Assembly (NCBI GenBank): GCA_963718875.1
Contig: OY970378.1
Coordinates: forward strand, 820,433-870,264
Reading direction: 5' to 3'
DNA length: 49,832 nucleotides
Source of the DNA: Candidatus Parcubacteria bacterium
GTDB lineage: Bacteria; Patescibacteriota; Saccharimonadia; UBA4664; JBIOIQ01
The translations under genes and the position numbers were made by a program. The notes beneath the pieces were generated by a model that saw nothing but the letters and a program-made list of their open reading frames with translations, did not search any database and had not been told where the DNA came from. Shown here piece by piece: positions 1 to 8,611 of the stretch (within the stretch, counting starts at the first letter, position 1; each line of letters begins with the position of its first letter).

Positions 1-232
1 ATTAATGGATTATTATAGTTACATGAAAAAAGCTTTAATCGGATTGTTTGCTACTTTTGCTTTAGCTGGGCTTATTGCGGTCCATTCCATGGACACTATC
101 CGCCTCTAAACGACTTCCACTCCACCAAAAGGTGCAAATGATGATCAAATTAATCCCGTAGATGAAAAAAACGGAAAATTGTTTGCTTTGACTTTTTTTC
201 ATACTTAAGGGAGTATAGCGGATTTTACGTCT

Positions 233-1243
233 CTAAAAAGATGGTGGGCTAGTCAAGGGGAGTTTAAGGACAAAAGTTGATCCTTTTTCAATACTGCTTT
301 TTACGTCAATTACGCCGCTGTGCAGTTCGGCAATTTTCTTAGCAATCGAAAGCCCCAGCCCATAGCCTTCTGACTGAAGTTTAGAGCGGGAAGTCTCGGC
401 CCGATAAAAGCGGTCAAAAATATGAGTGATATCTGATGGCTCGATTCCGACACCGTAATCACGTATGCTTACTAAAGCAGTTTTACCGTGGCTGGTTTCA
501 GTAATTTCAATTTTTGAACCAGTTGGGCTATATTTAATTGCATTGTCTAAAAGTATTACAACCAGTTCGACAAGGCTTTCGAAATCGCCCTTTACTTTGG
601 CGCTAGTGGTGCTGATCTCAATAATAATATTTTTTTGTTTGGCTGCACGGACTAAACGTTTATGAGATTCTTTGACGACCTTCGCCAAATCTATTATTTC
701 TTTAGAAAAATCTTTGTCTTCTTGTTGTGCCAGTTTCAACAAGCCATCGGACAGAGCTCGGAGTTTAGCCACTTCTTCAAGGTTACTTTGTAGCAGCTGC
801 CTGGCTTCATCAGTACTAAGGGAGTTGTTGCGCAAAGCCACTTCAATTTCAGTCTGCATTGCGGTAAGCGGTGTACGCAACTCATGCGAAGCATCAGCGG
901 TAAATCGACTTTGACGTTCGATACTCTCTTCAATGGGGGCTAAAGTACGGCGGGCCAAGAGATAGCTGGCCGCCCCTCCTGCCAAAAGAGTAGCGATATT
1001 AAACATCAATAAATTTTGCTTGAGTCGTCCCTGCTCCTCCGCTAATTGCCCCGCTCGAAATTCCTGGATTGTGGAGAACTCACGGGGTAAGAGGGAGATG
1101 CTTATGTATGCGCCTTGTCGTCGTAAGCTGCGATTGATCTCATCGCTCGATATGTGATACAAAATCACGCTAAAGCCGATAGATAGTATCATTATTAAAC
1201 CTAGATACCACAGTGTGAGAGTAGCCACCGCCGAGCGGATCAT
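233..1243 (-). CDS. Sensor histidine kinase (two TM helices, HisKA + HATPase_c)
   Basis: 336-aa ORF with H-box SHELRTPL, N-box DNAIKYS, G1 RDYGVGI and G2 GYGLGLSIAK. Its ATG overlaps the upstream regulator stop as ATGA. Confidence 0.9.
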   Translation of the reverse strand: MIRSAVATLTLWYLGLIMILSIGFSVILYHISSDEINRSLRRQGAYISISLLPREFSTIQEFRAGQLAEEQGRLKQNLLMFNIATLLAGGAASYLLARRTLAPIEESIERQSRFTADASHELRTPLTAMQTEIEVALRNNSLSTDEARQLLQSNLEEVAKLRALSDGLLKLAQQEDKDFSKEIIDLAKVVKESHKRLVRAAKQKNIIIEISTTSAKVKGDFESLVELVVILLDNAIKYSPTGSKIEITETSHGKTALVSIRDYGVGIEPSDITHIFDRFYRAETSRSKLQSEGYGLGLSIAKKIAELHSGVIDVKSSIEKGSTFVLKLPLTSPPSF

Positions 1244-1923
1244 GTTTTTGCAACGCCTAATTTATAACCGAATCCGCGCATGGTATGGATTAAGTCTGGC
1301 CCTCTAAAAGGCTTGTCGATCTTGTTGCGTAGGTAGCCAATGTAAACCTCAACCGTATTGGGTAAAATATCGGCATCGTAATCCCAAACATGGGCAATAA
1401 TATTATTTTTAGTAAGGGTTTGGTTCTGATTACGCATCATATACTCTAGCAACGCGAATTCCTTTTGCGATAAAGCAATGTCGCGACCAGCTCGCTTTAC
1501 TTCAAAATTAACAATATCCAGTGATAGGTCATCACAGATTAAGGTCGTGCCAACACTATCGTAAGGTCTACGCAGTAAAGCTCTGGTCCGCGCCAGCAGC
1601 TCTTCAAAGGCAAATGGTTTGACCATATAGTCATCGGCGCCCGCATTTAAGCCTTCTACTTTGTCTTTAATCTGGCCTCTGGCGGTCAATAATAACACCG
1701 GCGTATGAATTTGATGGGCGCGCATTTCTTTTACAATGTCTACTCCCTCGATCAAGCCCGGAAGCATGCGATCCAGAATAACCATGTCGTAATCTTCCGT
1801 TGTCGCCAAACTAACCCCTTCTTCGGCGTCGTATGCAACATCAACTGCGTAGGACTCCTGCTCCAAGCCTTTTTTTATAGCGTTGGCAATTTTGTGTTCG
1901 TCTTCAACGACTAAGATCCTCAT
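1240..1923 (-). CDS. OmpR-family response regulator (receiver + winged-helix)
   Basis: 227-aa ORF. N-terminal MRILVVEDE...DLVILD-type receiver with KPF motif. C-terminal trans_reg_C-like LSQKEFALLEYM...RGFGYKL. Has a 4-nt overlap with the kinase gene. Confidence 0.92.
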   Translation of the reverse strand: MRILVVEDEHKIANAIKKGLEQESYAVDVAYDAEEGVSLATTEDYDMVILDRMLPGLIEGVDIVKEMRAHQIHTPVLLLTARGQIKDKVEGLNAGADDYMVKPFAFEELLARTRALLRRPYDSVGTTLICDDLSLDIVNFEVKRAGRDIALSQKEFALLEYMMRNQNQTLTKNNIIAHVWDYDADILPNTVEVYIGYLRNKIDKPFRGPDLIHTMRGFGYKLGVAKT

Positions 1924-2126
1924 AGGTTTAAATTATAACCCTTAGTTGAGAGATGGCTGAAATCGGGGTTCTGTCTACTAAACCGGAACAGCCGAACTTT
2001 TAAGTAATGTAAAGAGATTTTGGCGGCTTTTTAATGGCTGGGCTCTCTTAATAAGATCGGCAATCATCACCAATACCATTTCTAAAACGTGTCGACCATA
2101 CGCATCCAGTTGTGATGTTTTAGTTA

Positions 2127-2320
2127 GGTACCACCAAACTGTCAGTAGTCAGAGTGCTATCGTCGGCAGCCAAAGGGATTATAAGCTACCCTTGCTATAA
2201 AGCTTAGGCTTTAACGCAAATGAACTTGAGATATCCCAAAAACGACATAAAACACATCAAGTGGCCTTAGGTGCGTCTCTAGAACTAAAAATAAAAAGTA
2301 CTGACAGTTTGGTGGTACTT
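2127..2320. repeat. Palindrome-bounded ~190-nt intergenic element, copy 1 (candidate structured RNA or hairpin-ended element)
   Basis: Perfect 20-bp inverted repeat 2128-2147 / 2299-2318 enclosing 151 nt with no credible ORF. A paralogous element lies at 10426-10617. Confidence 0.6.
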
Positions 2321-2429
2321 AGCTGAATCAAGGTGAGATGGCAGGGCACCATTGCATCATTACTTAATGGTTGCCTGAATCTCGGCATGTCCCTCCCAGG
2401 GATAGATTCTGGCAGTACATTAGCTACAC

Positions 2430-2726
2430 TTGCCACTCGACAAAGGAATAAACTTGAGAATACGCGCATGGCTTGTTGTGGCTGCTGTGGTGGCCTTGAT
2501 GTCGGCTATCGTGGTTATCACCTATGTATCCGGAGCTGACCGAACCAGCACAGTAATCGTCAGTGGGCTGGAGGACTCTGAGGTGCTATGTCCCAACAAC
2601 ATCCCGCGAACCGAGATGATTTGTCTAAGTTCGAGCTTGATCGAAGAGAACTTCAATGCCAATACCTTGAGGGTAAAACTTCGCGAATCTCCGTGGCCCT
2701 ATAATCGAAACGGGCGACTTGCCTAA
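2430..2726 (+). CDS. Hypothetical small membrane-anchored protein
   Basis: 98-aa ORF (TTG start in the track, other starts possible) with one clear TM helix AWLVVAAVVALMSAIVVITYV. An intrinsic terminator follows about 25 nt downstream. No recognisable family. Confidence 0.4.
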   Translation: MPLDKGINLRIRAWLVVAAVVALMSAIVVITYVSGADRTSTVIVSGLEDSEVLCPNNIPRTEMICLSSSLIEENFNANTLRVKLRESPWPYNRNGRLA

Positions 2727-2748
2727 TCTTCACCCTATAAAACGCCGA

Positions 2749-2797
2749 GGGACGGCGGCACGTGTCCGTCCCGCGCCGCCCGCAAGGGTGGCTTTTT
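2749..2797. terminator. Double-hairpin, probably bidirectional intrinsic terminator between convergent genes
   Basis: Stem GGGACGG/CCGTCCC (2749-2755/2766-2772), then GCCGCCC-GCAA-GGGTGGC (2775-2792) followed by TTTTT on the plus strand. On the minus strand the first hairpin is followed by a T-run after a short spacer. Confidence 0.55.
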
Positions 2798-2853
2798 ACT
2801 GTCTTTGGGTCTTGATTGAATGTTCAGCGAACTATTATAGGATTGCGGGCATA

Positions 2854-4143
2854 TTAGCGCCTCTGCATCAGGTACATAGTGCGCTGGCTACTCTCGACTG
2901 GTTTTTGCTCAAGAATCTTAAATTGCATAGAAAAGGCTTTTTCAAAATTGAGTTGATCATAATCTGTAAAAATGTCTGGACGAGTAGAAAGCAAAATTTG
3001 AACCTTGGAGTCGTCCTTGGGAATGAATTCGATAATTAAGTACTCCCCTAACTTGGCAAAATATTCAGCTATCAATCCAAAAGGAAGATTGTTGGCAATA
3101 GCAAGATGATGGACTAACGCCAGTGCCATTACCGTATTATGCTCGCCTGCCCGGTCGGCTAGACTATCGCGCTCGACATTGGCCCATCCTATCCCCGGAC
3201 TGGGATTAGTTAAGTCAGATCGTAAAGGAAGTAAGTTGGTAAGCTTTTGTCCACGGACCATATGATAGCTTTTTTCAACCGCAATTGGGTCGATATCAAA
3301 GCATACTGCCTGCCCTGCCCCTGCCGCGAGGGCTACTTTACTAAAAGTACCATCATTTCCGCCTAGGTCCCAAACAGCTGACGGTTTAATGTGCTCAATG
3401 TACTTACCCACTAATTGTTTTTTATGCTCGAAAGCTTTTTTTGAATAGTTAGTATCATCGTAATACTCCCCCCATACTGTTTGAATTTTGGCAGAAAGCT
3501 TCAGGTTTTTTATGGCCCTTTCCAAGCTGTCGGTTAGACCTAGCAGGGCCCGTTTGTTAGTGGGGCTAGCTTGGGCCTGGATACTCTGGGAAGAAACGGC
3601 CGGGCTGGCGCTGCGTCTACCCGCCGCATTGTGCCATATAAGGTGCAGTAGCAATCCGGCTTTAAGTTTTTTTCTGGCAGGCAATAGCTTGACTGCTAGC
3701 TCTAGCGGAATACCGTCAATAAAGTCCCTTAGCATGAGGTTCATCCGCAAGTCCACCGTAGACATGAGCGCCAACGGTGCCAAAAAATGTTGACAAAACT
3801 GTTGGTAAGCCGCCCAAACTTTTTGTCCAGCATAAGGCTTAAATGATAGAGTGTCGATTAATATTGGTTGGCCGTTTAAAAACTGGATGTTGTAAGCGGA
3901 GGCATCTTTTAGAATTAGGCCGCTATCTAGGGCTTTTTTTTGAATGGCCAGAGTGATTAAGGCAGCGTCTTTGAGCTGAGAAAATGACCATTCATATGGA
4001 TATGAGATAAAAGGGATTTGTTGGGGCAGAATAAGCTTGTAAGTATTGTCTGGAGCATCGTAAGCTTTAATTTTGTCAATTTCCTGATGCGAAACTAACA
4101 AATTAGCTTTTTGTAGTTCGTCATAAAGGCCTGAGCCCATCAA
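2854..4143 (-). CDS. Class I SAM-dependent methyltransferase (true start may lie upstream, see findings)
   Basis: 429-aa ORF with SAM-binding motif VWDLGGNDGTF and motif II CFDIDP. The frame remains open 48 codons upstream of the annotated TTG/ATG. Confidence 0.8.
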   Translation of the reverse strand: MMGSGLYDELQKANLLVSHQEIDKIKAYDAPDNTYKLILPQQIPFISYPYEWSFSQLKDAALITLAIQKKALDSGLILKDASAYNIQFLNGQPILIDTLSFKPYAGQKVWAAYQQFCQHFLAPLALMSTVDLRMNLMLRDFIDGIPLELAVKLLPARKKLKAGLLLHLIWHNAAGRRSASPAVSSQSIQAQASPTNKRALLGLTDSLERAIKNLKLSAKIQTVWGEYYDDTNYSKKAFEHKKQLVGKYIEHIKPSAVWDLGGNDGTFSKVALAAGAGQAVCFDIDPIAVEKSYHMVRGQKLTNLLPLRSDLTNPSPGIGWANVERDSLADRAGEHNTVMALALVHHLAIANNLPFGLIAEYFAKLGEYLIIEFIPKDDSKVQILLSTRPDIFTDYDQLNFEKAFSMQFKILEQKPVESSQRTMYLMQRR

Positions 4144-4284
4144 GCTAGTGTAGTCTTCTTGGCCAGACAGTGTTACAACGCGGTAATTTTTCCCTTGTGA
4201 ATTTATTATAAAACCAGCCGGGTCACGGAAAGAAGAGGCCTGTCTGCGCGGTTCGGCTGTTGGCTCATGAGGTGTTATCGAAAA

Positions 4285-4289
4285 CTCCT
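4285..4289 (-). promoter_or_regulatory. Candidate Shine-Dalgarno (AGGAG) 6 nt upstream of an ATA codon in the methyltransferase frame
   Basis: The minus strand reads TAGGAG-TTTTCG-ATA. There is no ATG/GTG/TTG in the 48 open codons upstream of position 4143. Confidence 0.3.
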
Positions 4290-4467
4290 AACTCTCACCA
4301 TCTGGCTTATTGCCTTGACGACTAGAAACCACCGACTTAATACCGGTGAGAACGCGCGCAAAATACTTACGTCCTACATAGGCTGCCCCCAAAAAGCCAC
4401 CCAATAAGGCCTGTATAACTACGCTGCCCGTACCCGGATCGAGGTAGGCAAGATGAAAAATAATCAT
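4288..4467 (-). CDS. Small membrane protein, 59 aa (below the ORF-track cutoff)
   Basis: Hand translation: MIIFHLAYLDPGTGSVVIQALLGGFLGAAYVGRKYFARVLTGIKSVVSSRQGNKPDGES. It has one hydrophobic helix and an LDPGTGS motif that I recall from small proteins encoded next to transferase genes (from memory). Confidence 0.45.
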   Translation of the reverse strand: MIIFHLAYLDPGTGSVVIQALLGGFLGAAYVGRKYFARVLTGIKSVVSSRQGNKPDGES

Positions 4468-4687
4468 GTTACTTAATTTACCTTTTACTAATATTTATAA
4501 AAACTATAAATCACTAAGCTTAGAATCTGCTTGTGCACAATTATGCTTGGTTTATTCTATCATAACTAAAGCTTACTCCTTGGGTTGTTTCGGTTGCTTT
4601 GGTTTTTTCTTCTTTTTCTCGCCCTTACTTTTGTCGCCCATAGTGCCCTCTTTTTTGCTTAATTACTTCTTAAAACTATAACATAGT

Positions 4688-5251
4688 CTAGCCTCTAGTG
4701 AGCTTGTCGCCGTCCTTAACCTCGGTGATACCTAATTTCTGCTCCAGATAGACAACCGTCGGTAAATTGAGCAAATGAAACTTTACGCTATATTGATTCA
4801 GCTTAAGCCCGATTTCTGGGTTAATCCCTCTTTCAGCAGCCTTCATTATAAACGGCTTGCCCTGGTACTTTTGCAAGAAGGTTTTGGGATCATCAAATAA
4901 AACAAATTCGACGTGCTCAAGTCCTTCACTAAAAATACTCCCAGTTTTAGGCGCGGGCAGCTCCACTGCGTCGATACGCCACCCTAAATGATTTATGGGC
5001 TGATTCAAGCGAAATGTAGATATAGGACGATTGTTGACCATGGTTTCACCCAATAGTTGAGCTAGACTTGATAGCTCTGTTTTCTTTACCTCATAATTTT
5101 GAATTGAGGTGGTGCGATAGCAGATATGGTCAAGTTGCACAAAATCTGTCATTACGAACCCTTGTGCTTTCATGTTGTCTAAAATGGAACTTATAAATGT
5201 CTGGAAGTCGCCGATAGATTTTGTAAGTTGGAGGGCAAAAGTGGCATCCAC
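4688..5251 (-). CDS. yecM: YecM-family VOC-fold protein
   Basis: DHICYR...MVNNRPISTFRLNQPI...WRIDAVELPAP...EGLEHVEFVL parallels E. coli YecM (DHISLRC...MINGRPICLFKL...VELPWP...EGWEHIEIVL, recalled). A GTG at 5251 overlaps the upstream TAG (TAGTG) and gives 187 aa. The ORF track extends to 5311. Confidence 0.8.
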   Translation of the reverse strand: MDATFALQLTKSIGDFQTFISSILDNMKAQGFVMTDFVQLDHICYRTTSIQNYEVKKTELSSLAQLLGETMVNNRPISTFRLNQPINHLGWRIDAVELPAPKTGSIFSEGLEHVEFVLFDDPKTFLQKYQGKPFIMKAAERGINPEIGLKLNQYSVKFHLLNLPTVVYLEQKLGITEVKDGDKLTRG

Positions 5252-5691
5252 TATTTTTTGATCATGAATAAAACTACGCCCGTGGTGAGGGCCCAAGCGT
5301 ACTCCACCCAAATACCACCTCGGCTTTCATGCTGAATGCCTTTGTGAAACTTAAAAAAAGCCCACAATAGCCCTTTGCGGCTCTTCATACGCCATGCAAC
5401 CGGCCACAACAGGTCAGGGGCTAGGGCTGCCACGAAGCAAGCCGTTATAACCGCTGTTAGATCAGGCCAAATCATAACAGCCGCCAAGTACACGGCTACA
5501 CTGAGGGTTGCATCGAGCGCAATTTTTGGCCAAAACTTGGAGCTGTTGTGCTCAAACTCCATATCATTTCCATGGTGGGGAATTACATCGAGTACAAAAT
5601 GCGATATAAAAGCCAGCGGTGCAGCTATTTGGGGTTGTTTTACCGTAACTGCAATTAATACGGCGGTAGTTGTGTGGTTTAATCCAAGCAT
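5251..5691 (-). CDS. Polytopic membrane protein, possibly a DUF457/YdjM-like metal-dependent hydrolase
   Basis: 146-aa ORF with 4 predicted TM helices and a His/Asp-rich SHFVLDVIPHHGN motif. The family assignment is tentative. Confidence 0.5.
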   Translation of the reverse strand: MLGLNHTTTAVLIAVTVKQPQIAAPLAFISHFVLDVIPHHGNDMEFEHNSSKFWPKIALDATLSVAVYLAAVMIWPDLTAVITACFVAALAPDLLWPVAWRMKSRKGLLWAFFKFHKGIQHESRGGIWVEYAWALTTGVVLFMIKK

Positions 5692-5745
5692 TAATACACT
5701 CTCTTTATAGTTATACTTACAATATTCGAATAGTACCTTTTATAA

Positions 5746-7254
<1,509 letters not shown>

Positions 7255-7266
7255 ACAGGTACGCTT

Positions 7267-7389
7267 ATGACTAAAAGAACGGCACTATTGTCGGTCTACA
7301 ATAAAGCTGGAATCGTAAATTTTGCTCTAGGAGAAGAACGCCCAGGGGCTCATTTCCGAACGAGTGCTTTATCGAGCAGTCGTGAATAA
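7267..7389 (+). pseudogene. purH: Relic of the 5' end of purH (AICAR transformylase/IMP cyclohydrolase)
   Basis: 40-codon ORF MTKRTALLSVYNKAGIVNFALGEE.... The first ~20 aa match the conserved PurH N-terminus (E. coli [19 protein letters not shown], recalled). The sequence then diverges and stops. Confidence 0.45.
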
Positions 7390-7404
7390 AGAAGTCCTGT
7401 AGGC

Positions 7405-8568
7405 TTATATTTTGTTTTCTTGACGTAGCGAATTAAACAAGCTTACATTAGCGAGCCAAAAAGCTCCTAGTCCCAGCAAAAGACCGACAAAGCTTACGAT
7501 ACCACTAACCACAGGGATAAACCCTAGTAGTGCATAGACCAAAACTCCGGCTAGCAGCATGAATGAACTAGTGTCCTTAACTTTTAAGGTCTTTGAGACA
7601 ATATGCCCTATTGCTAGAACCGTCCATATAGGAGCCAGAAACAGAGCAACGCCATAAAGCACAATTCCGATAACGGCTAGAGGTGCACCGAGGAGAGTAA
7701 TGAGTAAAATTATAGAAGCGATTGGCACTAATATGAGCCCGGCAAAACCAATCCCTAACGATGCCCAAGAACGAGTTTCCATGGTCTTAATAACTGATCG
7801 GGTATGGTTTGGTAGCAGCACAAACAAGAGCGCACCCACCAGCAGTGTAACGGCCAACCAGTAAAAACGAGACCATAGGTCTAAGGAACGAATAGTATCT
7901 GGCTCTTTATCGCGCGTCGGCAGGTTGTGAACAACTTTACCAGTCTTGGCGCCGCTGGAGATTGAGGCGTCAGAGCTACTCCAGTACGTCAATGGGCCGG
8001 CGACTGTGCCAGTCGAACCAATTGTAAGCTGCCCAACCGCGACATCAATTTTGCCTCCAACGGAGCCTGTGACAGTTAACGAACCGGTGCCCGCAGTAAT
8101 GTCCTTACCCACCTTACCCGATACAAGTAGCGTGCCGCCGCCAGCTACGAGGTTGCCATTAATAACCCCGGCGCGTGATAATTCCAGGGTGCCGCCACCA
8201 AGAGTTACGTTGCGACTGACAGTACCGCTTATATTAACTTGCCCAACCGCAGCGCGCACGTTGCCGTTAACGGTGCCAGAGATTGTTAAAGTTCCACCAA
8301 GTGCTAAAACGTCGCCATTAACCGTACCGTCAATAACAATTTGACCACCAGTAGCATAGACGTCGCCGTTAACGGTGCCGCTAATTTCTACGGTCCCACC
8401 GGTAGCAAAGTAATCGTTGTTTATGGTTTGAGTTTTTGCCAGTGCGGTGGTTTTGGGTTGACTCGTGGCCGCCAAGGCTACGCCGGTAGTGACTAGGGGT
8501 AGTATGAGTACCACCAAGCTTATAATGACTTTTTTGAAGGCGGGGCCGGCAAATAGAATCCTAGCCAT
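7405..8568 (-). CDS. Secreted beta-helical repeat domain (bactofilin-like G-x-V-N-G-D-V repeats) fused to a C-terminal polytopic membrane domain
   Basis: 387 aa with a signal/anchor and about 8 tandem ISGTVNGDV/NV-type repeats, followed by about 5 TM helices. Confidence 0.6.
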   Translation of the reverse strand: MARILFAGPAFKKVIISLVVLILPLVTTGVALAATSQPKTTALAKTQTINNDYFATGGTVEISGTVNGDVYATGGQIVIDGTVNGDVLALGGTLTISGTVNGNVRAAVGQVNISGTVSRNVTLGGGTLELSRAGVINGNLVAGGGTLLVSGKVGKDITAGTGSLTVTGSVGGKIDVAVGQLTIGSTGTVAGPLTYWSSSDASISSGAKTGKVVHNLPTRDKEPDTIRSLDLWSRFYWLAVTLLVGALLFVLLPNHTRSVIKTMETRSWASLGIGFAGLILVPIASIILLITLLGAPLAVIGIVLYGVALFLAPIWTVLAIGHIVSKTLKVKDTSSFMLLAGVLVYALLGFIPVVSGIVSFVGLLLGLGAFWLANVSLFNSLRQENKI

Positions 8569-8611
8569 GGTTTGTCCTTTATTAATTAGATTCTACCAGT
8601 AATTGGCTAAA

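Noticed and set aside
23-109. 28-aa plus-strand ORF MKKALIGLFATFALAGLIAVHSMDTIRL that looks like a signal peptide
   Set aside because: It sits at the window edge, is very short, and has no recognisable mature domain. It may be the truncated remnant or leader of something outside the window.
2160-2185. SRP (4.5S) RNA, because GGCAGCCAAAGGG in element copy 1 resembles the AGCAGCCAAGG of SRP domain IV
   Set aside because: The partner strand with the GGAA/GNAR apical loop and the rest of the conserved helix 8 are absent, and copy 2 lacks the motif.
1924-2854. Retron or diversity-generating retroelement, because the terminal inverted repeats resemble retron a1/a2 and CPR genomes often carry DGRs
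   Set aside because: No reverse-transcriptase ORF occurs next to either palindromic element or anywhere in the window. I also found no template/variable repeat pair with adenine-specific differences.
4573-4641. 22-aa Lys-rich micro-ORF (MGDKSKGEKKKKKPKQPKQPKE) on the minus strand, reminiscent of tiny basic ribosomal proteins
   Set aside because: It is too short and low-complexity to support from sequence alone. It could arise by chance in an A-rich spacer, and its Shine-Dalgarno is weak.
5251-5311. Longer YecM-like ORF starting at 5311 and overlapping the upstream gene by 61 nt
   Set aside because: The GTG at 5251 overlapping the upstream stop (TAGTG) gives a product of the same length class as E. 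coli YecM and removes the long overlap. The extra 20 residues have no counterpart in YecM as I recall it.
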